Made by a program: the position numbers and the translations under genes
The notes under the pieces: generated by a model
What the model was told of the DNA's origin: nothing
Seen by the model: only the letters and a program-made list of their open reading frames with translations
Database searches by the model: none
Part shown: in pieces, positions 23,813 through 36,152 of the stretch
Layout: each line of letters begins with the position of its first letter
Position numbering within the stretch: the first letter of the stretch is position 1
Assembly: GCA_907165135.1 (NCBI GenBank)
Contig: OU015567.1
Location: forward strand, 868,001 to 932,000
DNA length: 64,000 nucleotides
Direction of reading: 5' to 3'
Source of the DNA: Oikopleura dioica
Taxonomy: Eukaryota; Animalia; Chordata

Positions 23813-25812
23813 TCAGTTAATTTCACAATCATATCCATTGTTTTCATGACCGGTACATGTTTTGGCTTGCTGCTTCTTCTCGCAGCATGTTTTTCGCGCT
23901 GCCTGAATCAAGCCGACTTTTGGGATGAATAAATGAAAGAGGCAAATTCCGCATATGACTGTGAATCCAATCGATACAGGCACAAAATCTCCATTTTCAA
24001 CGCTATTGGAATCACCGAGAATAAGTCGAAAAAGTGGATCGATTAGCCACATGGCTATTAATGAAGGAGCCATAAGAATGCCATCTGGGCTCGGCAACCT
24101 GAGTACAGGGTCAGGCTCAGGGTCAGGGTTCGAAAATTTTTTCTCGAAATTTACTCAGGAACTCAGGTCAGGGTTTTTCACTCAGTCAGGTACTCAGGCA
24201 AACAGGTCAGGCCTGCTCAGACTCAGGTACTCAGGTCAGACTCAGGGGCCTGACTCAGGGTAAAACACAGGGTTTTTTCGACCAAGTTCACACTTTAAAA
24301 TTATAACCTTTTCGTTTTGCCCAGATAACTTTCAACCTGACAGTCCTGTAATCGGAAAATCCCCCTAATGATGGAAAATCAGTGTAATTGGACCCCCCGA
24401 CGTTGCTAATTGAGCCTTTTTAGTACTTTTTTAAGGTAACTCAGGCCCTATGTGAGCAACTCAGGCCTGTCTTTTAACTCAGGTCAGGGTCAGGCTCAGG
24501 GTTTTTTTTCTCGAGTCTCGATTTTACTCAGGCACACAGGTCAGGGCCTGTGTACTCAGTACTCAGGGGCCTGAGTCAGGGTTTTTCTCAGGTCAGGTTG
24601 CCGAGCCAAGAATGCCATAGAGTGTTGCATAATGTTGAGCGGGAAACATGGTTAATAAAAACTGAAAAATAAAATAGAATAGAAACTTAACTGAGGACTA
24701 ACTAAATGCGGAGAAGCGTAAACAATTGTCTTTGCGATAGAAAAAATTATTATCAGCGCGTAAGCGTTTGCATTGTCGTCAAATGATTTCGCCTCAAAAA
24801 AGTCTTTTTTTGAATAAAAGTTTTTCTTACTTTATAAATCATCTGAGCAGAACAGATTGTGCAGGCGAAGCCAGAATATATCATGATTATAATAAGTGAA
24901 ACCATTTCTCCATTAATTTTTCCGTTTCTGTTGATTTTTTTGCCGATCTTGCTGAGTACTTCTGGAAATGTGGCAAAAATTGGTGAAGCAAATAGAAGAT
25001 AGCCGTAGATTTCGAGAAGATGACTAATATGAGATTTAAGTTCGGTCACATCAGCCGAATTTTTTGCGTATGACCATGTCAACCAAGCGTTGATCCACCC
25101 TTATAATGTTAAAAATTTAAAACCAAAAATGAACGTTACCTTGGATACTTTTTATTCTTGTCGAATAAATTGTAAAAACGACAGAAAAAATTAAGTAAAT
25201 CGGATGAAAGACATTTTCTTTAATTGATTTTTCTTTTGAGTTTTTTGTCTTGTTTCTTTCTTCAGATGTTTCCTCAATTGTATTTGCTTGATCGTTAATA
25301 TTTTTTAATCTGGATATAATGTTGACTTTTGAAAACTCGCAAATAGCCCAATCTGCTCCCGGAAAGTCGTAAGGCATGAGAAAACAGGTTCTTATAAGAG
25401 TCACAATTTTAAATTCATTTTATGAAATTGCGACTTTTCTGCTTATTTATTTTTTAATATGAATCACAAGAACCTTAATGTTAAAAGAAACTCCGGTCCT
25501 TATGTGAATAAAAATTGACAAAGCTGTGAGAATACCCATCATCATTGCAAGGTTTTCATTTAAAGAAGACGACAATTTGCTCATTATCAAAAATGTCGCC
25601 ACAGATGCATCATAAGTACCGGAAAAAACAACAACAGAGGCACCTGCGTATTTCCCCATTATTGAAGCACAAAAAGTATTAAGAACCACATAGACAAGAC
25701 CAGACCATGCAAAGAGAATGAATCCAGGGAAAAATAGAATCTCCGCGAAATTGTAAAGAGACATCAGTAGAAGACCTAGTTTGTAATGACAAAGAGTTTT
25801 TTGGAAGGTCAA
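23813..25812 (-). pseudogene. SLC43: SLC43 copy 2, lacking exons 1-2
   Basis: Colinear with 5578-7576; upstream, the sequence jumps at about 26417 into GPCR 3' sequence. Confidence 0.72.
24085..24610. mobile_element. hAT-like MITE, same insertion as 5850-6375
   Basis: Same TIRs, TSD AATGCCAT at 24077-24084 and 24611-24618. Confidence 0.88.
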
Positions 25813-25902
25813 TGATACCCCGAAATCCCGATTATTTTGATATCAGCATTGTTCATTTTTTGATAAAGCAATGATAATAACGATTTAAATATCAAAAAAA
25901 TT

Positions 25903-26337
25903 GGGGGGTACTGAATTGTGCCGCCCTGCGCCGCCCAGCGTCGCCCGGTCCGAAACCATCCGGCTCTCATTCGACCCAACTATGACCTAGGAAACTGTTC
26001 TGAACAAGAGCGAGAGTTGGGCCCCGCCAACGCAATGAGTTCTCTACCAGAAAATGCGCGCGTAAGGGCCTCTGGCCTGTCGCGTGCTCAATTAATTAGT
26101 GATTTTATGCCAAAATCTGAGTTTGGTTGCGAATTACTCTACTGGCACCCAAAATTATAGGATTGCTTTTTTTAATTTTCAGACAATATAAATATGTCAG
26201 AATAACTAACTTTTAATGAATATCTTAATAACCCGCTTTTGAAAGACATAATATCTTCGGCTCCGGCGAGACTGGGCGACGCTGGGCGGCGCAGGGCGGC
26301 GAAGGGCGGCGCAGGGCGGCACAATTCAGTGTCTCCC
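25903..26337. mobile_element. GC-rich MITE with 8-bp TSD, present only in this copy
   Basis: TIR GGG..ACTGAATTGTGCCGCCCTGCGCCGCCC, TSD AAAAAATT; empty site visible at about 7655-7672 and 29505-29520. Confidence 0.85.
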
Positions 26338-26416
26338 AAAAAATTTTATCTTTTTGTCGTTAGTTTTTTGTCGTATTATATAATATATAACTTATATTAG
26401 TTCATTAAATGAAAAT

Positions 26417-26930
26417 AGACAATCCAGCCAAAGCGATCAAAGACATCGTGCAGCTAAGCGCTTCTCAGTCCACTCCCCGTCAATTCATTCATGCTTATGA
26501 TCTACTGATTACATTCGAGCACAACAAGCATATCAACCCATGCTTTTAAGCTTTTGCTAAAAACAGTAATAATATAATAGACGGGTCTTGGACCAAGACT
26601 CTTGGTTCTTGAAATCGCTTTGCAGCTGCACCGCCCCGGGAGCTCGCCTCGATCAAGCCCAAAAATTCGAGCGATCCCCCGGGGCTGCATGCCCAGATTT
26701 GATGTTAGATTGGTCCGGAAGCAGCTGAACAGGTCTTTCTCGGAAATCACCGACGATCTTTCTTTCTTGACCATATTCCGGATAACACTTTATATAAAAA
26801 TACTCGCCATCACCCGAGAAAATTACTTGTATTTAAATTTTTCAAAAGGGACAACGTATTCGAAAGTTATTGGAAGAAAGCGAAAAAGCGCTGCTATAAG
26901 CATACCTATTTTTAATTTTGCTCATAACTT
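26417..26930 (+). pseudogene. 3' fragment of the GPCR locus
   Basis: Matches about 16584-17095 and 38756-39268. Confidence 0.6.
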
Positions 26931-27544
26931 TGGAAAAAATGTTCCAATTATATTTATTTTATATTTTTAAGAAAGTTCTACTGATGGCAAATAATTTTGC
27001 CATTGATCAATTTTCTTTAACTTCTTCAGTTTACTAGATTTTTATAAAAAACACACACCCTACAATCAAAAATTTAAAAAAATGACAAATCTGCTAATGA
27101 AATTGAAGTGTGATGAATATAAAAATTGTTTGCCATCACTAGAAAAATCTTTTAAAATAATAATCATAATGATTGAAGCACTATTTCAAAAGTAATGTCA
27201 AAAATACCTTAAAGGCTACTTATAGCAGGGCGATTTTGTTTTCTGGCAATAACTTTTGTTAAAATGCTCTGATTTCAAAAATTCAAAAACTAATAAATAA
27301 GTCTCATGAAGACAAAAAATTTTCGTCAAATCAGATTTTTCGTAGCTTGTACTATTTAGAATTTAACCGCGCTGCGCCGCAGGAATCAACAACGAAGCTT
27401 GCAGCTGTTACAGCTGCTTTTCTTATTTTACCTTATTAAGATACCACGCCGTGTATTATCCAGATTTTCGCGCTAGAATTTTTTCCCTCTAGCGCCTTGG
27501 TAGTATTTATAAACTCTCATTTTGAAATTTTTCCATCACAAAAA

Positions 27545-28616
27545 ATGCCTGCAGCAGATAGGCCACGAAGAGGGCCTCAAGTTCGCGATATTTATGTTCC
27601 TGCTAATAACGAACCAAGGTACAATGCAGCTCAGTTACGACGAATGCGAAACGGAAGACAACAAGAACGACAACGAGAAAATCAAGCCCAGCGAACGAAC
27701 AACCCAGAACGTCCAGAAGAAGTTATCGCCCGAATAACACGCGAAAATGCAAATAATCCCGCCAAAATCGCCAAGAAAATCAAAAAAACTTTAGCCCTCG
27801 TCATGAAAGGGCTTGGAAAACACGAACCTTCACTTCTGTCTCAGAAGCTCCCAATGCATCCTGATGAGTGGATCCCGGTCTTCAGAAGATTCACGGATGA
27901 ACAATGGGGCGCCCATTTCAACCCGGATCATTTTGATTCTGTTGATGATCCAAGGTGAATTTTTAAGAAATCTTTAATTTTCAAAAACATCATTTTTAAT
28001 TCTGAAACGATAATTTTTTATTTTCAGATTCGAATCCGCCGTCAAGAACTTCTTGTTCGTTGAAAGAACCGCTGATTTCGACAATGACTCCATCTTCATG
28101 GCCGAAAAATTCAAGCTGCCCAATCTTCTTGGAGAGGGAATGATCAAGGGACGACAAATTGCAACTCTCGCCGTCCCCGAATGGCAAGAGCACATTTCAG
28201 AAATTGAGCTGCGCCAGATTCTCAACGAATGTGTCGCCACAGCCATCATCACCGCCATCGTCAGCCGCTACGTCTGCCTCCACCCCAAATGCCGACTCCT
28301 CCTCAAGGACGACAAAGCCATTTTCCCCCACATCCGCGATTTTCATCCCGAGCAGCTGAAGGAAAACAGCGTTGGCCGCCGAAAGAGAAAAGCCGCCTGG
28401 AAGTACCGCTCATTAGACAACATGGATGACTGCCCAGCTGGCAAGAAATTCCTCTTTGGATTCAAGGACAAGGACTCCAACTTCTATGAAAAAGTTTCCA
28501 CTTCCGAAACGACCGTTCTCTACACTTCTCGCCACATTAACGCTTCTCCAACCCAGTTCGAGCATCCTATTCCTGTTCACAACTTTCCCGCTCATTACGA
28601 TTCTGACTCTGACTAA
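27545..28616 (+). CDS. Two-exon orphan gene (~335 aa) with one C2H2 zinc finger and a basic NLS-like motif, copy 1
   Basis: Exon 1 27545-27955 (AG|GTGAAT), exon 2 from 28028 (TTTTCAG|) in frame. Contains YVCLHPKCRLLLKDDKAIFPHIRDFH and GRRKRK; TATTTATAAA about 40 nt upstream of the ATG. Confidence 0.8.
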
Positions 28617-28697
28617 ATATTCCCTAATTTCTGTAAATAAATGCAAAAAATTGAAAATAATGCCTTTTTATTTGCAAAAGAAAGCATCATAAAATTC

Positions 28698-28860
28698 AAA
28701 AAACCTCAGCCCCCTCGGCTCCTCCCTTTTTAGGGAGCAGCTGAGGGGGCTTTTTTGCGTTCGGTCAATTTTTTAAGTCGAAAAATCAACTGACAGAACG
28801 CAAAAAAGCCCCCTCCGCCACTCCCTAAAAAGGGAGCATCCGAGGGGGCTGAGGTTTTTT
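28698..28860. repeat. 163-bp foldback palindrome whose two arms are themselves hairpins (copies at 41034-41196 and 47297-47459)
   Basis: AAAAAACCTCAGCCCCCTCGG..CTCCCTTTTTAGGGAG..GAGGGGGCTTTTTTGCGTTC is mirrored by its reverse complement. Confidence 0.9.
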
Positions 28861-28959
28861 AGAGCATTCTTCCTTGATTTCAAATTCTCAAAGCCAATTT
28901 TCTTCCAGAAAACTTATTTTTTCTTAATTTTGACCCAAAATTCGATTTGAAACGATCTC

Positions 28960-29247
28960 GAAATCGGCCATTGTATCGTTTTGTATATCCAAGAAAAATG
29001 TTACCCTTCGCCGATTTCGCCTTGCAAAGTCCGAATTAATCCTTCGCCCGAGCGAGATTCGCTTTTTGCGTTTCGTAAGGGAGATCAGAAACGGGAAGGG
29101 AATTTCTTCTCACTTTCAAATCTTGAGTAAAACTTTGAAAATTCGCGAGAGCAGGGTCACGGCCGCTTTCACCGTGCATTATCAAGACGGAGGATAGCTG
29201 CTCAGTTTCCGTATGATAGTTTCCGTATGAATCCGTATCTACGCATT
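28960..29247 (-). pseudogene. Fragment of the Cys-rich gene, fused to SLC43 exon sequence at about 29247
   Basis: Matches 41290-41560; chimeric ORF 29036-29377 changes from SLC43 (KYAGAS) to ECV..ETEQLSSVLIMHGE. Confidence 0.6.
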
Positions 29248-30845
29248 CAGAGGCACCTGCGTATTTCCCCATTATTGAAGCACAAAAAGCATTAAGAACC
29301 ACATAGGCAAGACCAGACCATGCAAAGAGAATGAATCCAGGGGAAAAAAGAATCTCCGCGAAATTGTAAAGAGACATCAGTAGAAGACCTAGTTTTTAAT
29401 GACAAAGAGTTTTTTGGAAGGTCAATGATACCCCGATTTCCCGATTATTTTGATATCAGCATTGTTCTTTTTATGATAAAGAAATGATAATAACGATTTA
29501 AATATCAAAAAAATTTTATCTTTTTTGTCGTATTATATAATATATAACTTATATTAGTTCATTAAATGAAAATATTCAGTATCTTTATATGTTTACTCTT
29601 CACAATTTAAGGAGGGGGTCGACGAGAATCGGAATTTCCGTGACCAAAAATGCGGAGAAACCTGCCTCGATAGTATAATTTTTATGTTTCGGGTGGTAAG
29701 AAAAGCGTTTGAAAAATCAAAAATGTTTACAAAACATCGGTCTAGTGTTCACGAATTTTGCATTTTTGCTTGGTAAGCTTTCATTTACTCCGATTTTTAT
29801 CTGAAATTAATTTTTTTGGGCAATTTTGAGCTTCATTACGATGTTAACCAGGCCATAAACTTTCATTTAAGCATTTAATCAGCAAAATCTAAGATAAAAA
29901 ATTTTCGTCCAAATTTGAGGCACTAGCATTTCCTATAGATTTTATATACTTTATGAACTTGAAGAATTCGATCCTTTGGCCAGAAAATGGTTTAAGGGGG
30001 TACCTTAACTCGACCTAGGTACCCTTAAAAACGCCACGCTCGCCGAATGGGTTAAGCGGTGTATTCCGGCGGGTTAGTGTTTAATCAAATATGAAATACA
30101 AGCTATCTAATAAAATAAGTTAATTTTTGATATATTTTGAAAAATGGTAAATTACAGATGTTTTTTAATCATTTGATTGAGGGAATCGGAGTAAGCCCAG
30201 GGATGTGGAGGGTCATCCGTATTCCGGTGGTAGTGATGGCAGTATGTAGTAGCAACATGTTACTTTATTTCCAACTCTTGACCATAAACCCCATTTATTG
30301 ACCAAGGAAGAAAACCGACGTAATTTACACAAAAAAGGACCTTTTTTACATAGAATACAGACTTATTTTATACAGATCATAAACGGGAAGTATGCAATTA
30401 GCCTGGCCCCACGATTTTCCATTTTCTTATGTAAAATATGTCCGTTTTACTTGATAATACCCGGTCCGATCACATGCACTTACGGGCAAGGGGCGAGCAT
30501 GGGAGGGGAGGGCGGGCGAAATCACGCACCAATCTTGCGGAAAGGTTTTTTCCCTCGAAACATATATAGATTATTTTTACTAACCAAAACTTGTTATCGA
30601 GCCATATATTATTCTTGTCCAAAACATCCCAATTCTTTTCAAAATTAGTCCAACTAAAAGTACTCCAATCGTCATCGAAATGATTGCGACAGTGAACATA
30701 GTGTTGTAAAATTTCAGCGCTTCATTGCAGAGAGACTTGTTGGGACTCCAAATATCGTCCGTTCTATTTGAACATATTGTCGAGTAAAAAATTCCCTGTG
30801 ATTTAAGCTCATCTTCAATAAATGAAAATCCAAAAATAACACCTT
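29248..30845 (-). pseudogene. SLC43: SLC43 internal fragment (exon 2, intron 2 and part of exon 3)
   Basis: Colinear with about 7399-9050; exon 1 and the 3' half are absent. Confidence 0.7.
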
Positions 30846-31115
30846 AAAAAAAGATTAAAATTTTATATTTAACTTTTAATTTGTTAGGGCTTTCAAATTG
30901 AAAAGCAAATTTCCAATTTGAATTGGAAATGGATTGGTAATTGGCTGGATTGGAAAAAATGCGATTGGATTGGATTTTCAGTTGGTTCGTTTGACCAAAA
31001 ATTTTTTCCAATTGTGAAACCATGATCCTTATTTTTACGAGCAATTATTCAGCTCCTAATTGATAAAAAAATCATCTAAATTTGTTCAATTAAAAATTTT
31101 ATGAATCATTATTAA

Positions 31116-31688
31116 GGACCCACCCGTCATGATTTTAAAATATCGAAATTTAAAATTTTGACCTCGGATTCGGATTCCCTGTGCCGAAAAACCATTTTTT
31201 CGCGCCCTTAATAATCGAGTCAAAGTTTAAGAATTTGTAAGGGCGGTGCGACGCGCTTGGAAGCAAGTTTTTCACATAAAACATAAAAATCACGTTTTTT
31301 TTATTTATTTCATAAACGGAAAGTATTTTTTATCAGAAAATTTGTTGTAACAATTATTCATAGTGCACAATTAAAGAATTTTTTGCTGTTTTTATCAATT
31401 CTATATTAAAAAGAAAAAATCACTTTCGAGTGAACCCTTTACCATATCTTTATTTTTTTTCTGGTGCCCACGACATCAACCTGAGCTATATTTTGAGTCT
31501 TTAAAAATTTTTGATACTTAAGGTTATCCTAGAAATATCGATGTTTGAAACTTGAACGTATTTTTGCGACACCCTTAAGAAGTGCACAAGCGTGCTTTTA
31601 CTTCTGGTGCCCTAGACCAATTATCGGGCTACACAATCACCTCGAAATCACTTTTTGAAAAAGTTATTCCCACATGACGGAGGGGTCC
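31116..31688. mobile_element. TTAA-flanked non-autonomous DNA transposon (Kolobok-like GG..CC ends); copy at 49810-50412, truncated copy at 43546-43718
   Basis: TTAA|GGACCCACCCGTCATG ... CATGACGGAGGGGTCC|TTAA. Confidence 0.75.
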
Positions 31689-32227
31689 TTAATGATAAAA
31701 ATCGAGCAAAAGAGTTAAAGCATTTACCGCGAATTTTTCAACTATTGAGCCCTTCATCTTGGTGTTCCATATCAAAGACTCCGAATGTTAAAATATTAAT
31801 AAAATAAATTTAACAAACTATGAATAGAGATAATTACCTCCAAAAAGCATAATTTCAATCATCACTGATACAAACCAGATCAATTGTTTCATCATTTTAA
31901 GAAGAAAAATCTCCTTTCTCGTGAAATAAAAAAGGAAATCTCAATAATTCTATCCGTTTTTAATAAGCATTAAGCGTCGTTTTGGAAAGAAAGTCTGAAT
32001 CAGAAGAGTCGGATTTTACGATTTTTTGATAACGACCATGAGAAATATCGCCCTGCTTATTATCAAAAAATGAGCAAGAATGTTTTGGCAACCGAAGTGA
32101 TTTATAACAATTCAAAATATGAATAAACTCGGAGGCGCTATACATGAGAGTCATGATCATGCGAAATAATAAGATATAAAAAGAAGAACTCAAATCAAAT
32201 TTTGCTAACATCTTTCTTAATCAAAAG

Positions 32228-33762
32228 ATGTCCGACTCAAATCGAGATGTTGCGAACGCTTATAGAAATATCCTCAGAAATATCGGAGAAAATCCAGATC
32301 GAGAAGGATTGGTAAAAACACCAGCAAGAGCCGCAAAAGCGATGGAATTTTTCACCAAGGGGTACAAAGAAGACATAAACGATATCATGAATGAGGCGAT
32401 TTTCACGGAAAAAAGTGAAGAAATGGTGATCGTCCGGGGGGAACGCTACTCTAAATTACCAATTGGTAATGCATTGCCAATTTGGATAATTCATTACCAA
32501 TTTTAGGTAATGCATTACCAAACTTTCCGAAATTGGCCAATTTTGTCAAGTCAAAGAGCCAGTTCGCGCTCCGCGCCTGTTTGAAAGGATACTTTTGAGA
32601 TTTATTTACAGTTTGTTTCCATTTTTCCGGAGTCCATTTTTCCGGACACTTTTCCGATTATAAAGCATTTAAGTGGGGCACTGCAGAATTGACCTTGGTC
32701 CAATTTTCCGGATATTTTTCAAATTTTATTTACAGACCATCATTTTTTTAATAAAAAATGGAGACCGATGACTAGGTTCGTGAGGACTAGGTTCGTGTGA
32801 CTAGGTTCGTGGGTGCCATTTTGGAAAAAATGGTTCGTGTGACTAGGTTCGTGAAATTTTGATTTTTTTATGTATTTTTTGTATCTTCTCCATTTTAGGG
32901 GCAGTAAGGGAAATGGGTTGATGACTAGGTTCGTGTGACTAGGTTCGTGAAATTTTAAATAGAAAAATTTTGGGGCAGTAAGGGAAACGAACTGATGACT
33001 AGGTTCGTGTGACTAGGTTCGTGAAGACTAGGTTCGTGATGACTAGGTTCGTGTGACTAGGTTCGTGAAGACTAGGTTCCGGACATTTTTTGGAAATCTG
33101 GGGACAAAGCTAGTCCGGAAAAATGGAATCATACTGTACGTATTTTTAAGCAAAAAAATTGAAATTATTGAAAAAAATTGGTACCAATTTTTGGTAATGC
33201 AGTACCGAAAATCTTTGGTAATTTAGACGAGCGCCCCCGTCGTCCGGGACATTCGACTCTACAGTCTATGTGAACATCATCTTGTTCCGTTTTACGGAAA
33301 GGCGTATGTAGGGTACATTCCAAATGGAAAGATTATTGGTCTGAGGTAAGCCATTTATATGTATGTATTCTCATTTTTGTCATTTAAGCAAAATTGCAAG
33401 AATCGTTGACCATTTCGCGCGAAGACTCCAAGTCCAGGAGCGGCTAACTCGTCAGATAGCCGAGACTTTGGAGAAACAACTTTCTGCTCCTGGTGTTGCA
33501 GTTATGATCGAGTGCGAGTAAATATCAAATATGAGTTTTAACAGCGAGTTAAACCGCGTTCGAAATTGATTTTGTAGCATGCGTTTTGCAAAATTTCTTT
33601 TATTGCGGACATCTTTTAACCGATATTATAAGGCATATGTGTATGACAATGCGCGGCGTCGAAAAAGAGGGCTCGAAGACAGCGACATCCTGTATGCTTG
33701 GCTGCATAAAAGAAGATCAGAAATTACGCCAAGAATTTCTCTCGCTGGTGAAAAATAGATAG
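32228..33762 (+). CDS. GCH1: GTP cyclohydrolase I, copy 2
   Basis: Exons near-identical to copy 1; intron 1 is expanded by nested elements. Confidence 0.9.
32769..33079 (+). repeat. Interrupted minisatellite of a ~14-bp unit (GTGACTAGGTTCGT) in GCH1 intron 1
   Basis: More than ten copies of GACTAGGTTCGTG; absent from the other GCH1 copies. Confidence 0.85.
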
Positions 33763-33916
33763 ATACTGTCTTTTATTGACACGATTTTTTACAATAAAGG
33801 GACACTTAAAATATTCTTTTGAAATTTGATCATCGTTGTTCAATGTTTTCAAGAAAATTACAAAAATTTATAATTTATTTTTTCTTGAAATTTTAAGCTA
33901 GGGTAAATCCCTTATA

Positions 33917-34324
33917 CCGTCATTTTCCATCTTAAGAGCGTTTTTCAGATGACAAGGGTAGACCAAAACGCTCTTAAAATGGAAAATTTACGATCAAACT
34001 AGGATGACAGTGGGAAAAAAATGATGAATGAAAATGCGTAAAAAGAATTTTTTCCAAAACTCTAAAAATGCATCTGAGGTCATTTTTACCTATTTATGAT
34101 AAAAAAATTACGATCTTTGAATCAAAGGCTATGATTTCACCTGAAAAAAAGCGTAGAAAACAATTTTTTTCAATGATTTTTCAGGTTGAAATAAACGTTA
34201 TTCTAATTATGAATTAAAAATTCCTTAAAACGCTCTAAAGTTGGGATTTTTTCAGATAACAAAATTTGGAAAATATTGGCAAAAACGCTCTTAAGTTGGG
34301 CGCTCCTAAGATGGAAAACCACGG
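33917..34324. mobile_element. Tc1/mariner-type MITE (TA TSD)
   Basis: TA|CCGTCATTTTCCATCTTAAGAGCG ... CGCTCCTAAGATGGAAAACCACGG|TA; empty site CCCTTATAATTGAG at about 52494-52507. Confidence 0.85.
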
Positions 34325-35069
34325 TAATTGAGCAATTTTTAACCAGAGGGCAATCCTAAGAGTGTGGGTCTTTATCTTGAATTTGCTCTAAACTTTTGCA
34401 CGCAACAGTGTTGGTTTTCTGAAAATTTAGACAGGGCATTGAAAATTCCAATTGACTCTGCCATTGCAAACAATTTTCGAATGGTACCACGGCCCAATAA
34501 CTCGTTGTAACGAAAAATTTATTGAAAAAACGAATAATTTGTCGCAGTACTTTTCTTTTTGAGCTTAAATCAGGTCAGTAAATCATACAAAACAAAGTTT
34601 TTCAATCTCAATGGATACCAAATGAAGTAATTATGATATTATTTAGGTTTAAATACGATTGGTTAGGAAAAAGATAAGTGTTATGGATTAGGGTTAGGCA
34701 AAAGATCTTTCTGATCCAAGCCCTTGGTAAGACCTTCGGAGAGGTTGCGGGGGCTTGGTTACGTTAAGGCTGTTTCAATGACTTATTTTTTGAATCAACA
34801 ACTTAGCCTGAACATAACGGTTTGGTTTACTACTTGATCAAAGTTTTTCACCTTGACAAATAATTCCTTCTTTAACCTAACGACCACAAATACCAACGAT
34901 GCTACAAGCTCAACAAGGGCTAAGCATGATTAATACGATGAATTTGATGATGGGTCAAACTCAACAGAATCAGCAAAATTAGCTGTTATAAATAGGTCAG
35001 ATCCACTTTATTTCTTCAGATAGACAATTTTGGAAATTAATAAAAATTTCACTCATTTTTCAAGGGAAA

Positions 35070-36152
35070 TTAAGCATCGATGAGCATTTTTCCATTTGGC
35101 TGAGATCTTCCAAGGGCGATGAAGCAAAGAGAAAGGACTGATTCAGCGCCATCTCTGGCAGTTTTAGGCTAAATTTTATGTTTTCCTTGAAATACTCCTT
35201 TCTCACCTTTTTGCCAGGAACTCCAGCAGTCATATTAGTATCGCAGAATCCAGGGCAAGCGGAATTTATCAGAATATTTTTTTCTCTCAGAAACCGACTT
35301 TTTGCCGTAGAGCCGGGATTTGCCAAAATGGAAGAGCGCGGAAAGAATATGCACTCGGACGCCCCGTGTTTTTCCCGCCGCAGAAGAGGGTGGTCTAAAC
35401 TTCAAATTTTTCATTTTAGGTCTTGAAGTGGAGATTTTCCCCGCCTTGGAGAAAAAGGCCCGAAGAAAGTTTTCTTCCCCCTTTTTTACGAATTTGCCGC
35501 ATTTTTTCCCCGCGGAGAAGAAAGCGGGCGCCCGAGCGCAAATTCTTTCCGCGCTCTTCCCCTTTTACGAACCCCTGCCGTAGAGCCGAACGAGATTGTT
35601 AACGAGTAGCTTCGACATGTCGTAACCTTAAAATATAACTGTATTTTCAACAAGTATTTCTTTAAAAACCGATCATCGACGTTTGTTCTGCACTTGGCCA
35701 ACCATCAGTTTGAGCCTGAGATGGGTTTTTCTGATCTTCGATGAATCTTCTGGCAATAGTATCTAATTCGTCGAAAGTTGTTTTCGCGAGTGAACTTCTA
35801 TAGAAAAATAAATGGATAAGGTGATCAAAAACTTACGAAGATAGCTTTTGCCCATAATCAAAGACGTAATTTTCCTCAAAGATGTTCGGATTCGGGTTCA
35901 AATTGAGCATTCCTCGCAGTCCGAAAAAGCTGGAAAGGACGGTCCCATCTTCTCTGCAAAATTCAGCACACTTTCTTCGTTGCTTATGTCTAGCTTTTCG
36001 ACTTGCAATTTACCGCAATTCTCTATTTCCGGGAATCCCTCCGGGTTTCTCGCTGTCGCCACAATTTTTTTAACATCTTTCTCTCCAATTAAAAGTTTGA
36101 CGCATTCAAGTCCGATTCCACGATTTCCGCCGACGACGATTGCAGTTTTCAT
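35070..36152 (-). pseudogene. CBR1: CBR1-like SDR copy with a 160-bp frameshifting deletion in exon 1
   Basis: Sequence equivalent to 13601-13760 is missing (GGAAAG|GACGGT); ORF ends MGPSFPAFSDCEECSI*. Confidence 0.82.

Noticed and set aside
28740-28760. Hairpin plus T-run resembling a rho-independent terminator
   Set aside because: Eukaryotic context; it is part of the larger palindrome reported separately.
32769-33079. Possible CRISPR-like repeat-spacer array
   Set aside because: Repeats are 14 bp, mostly adjacent, without unique regular spacers or cas genes.
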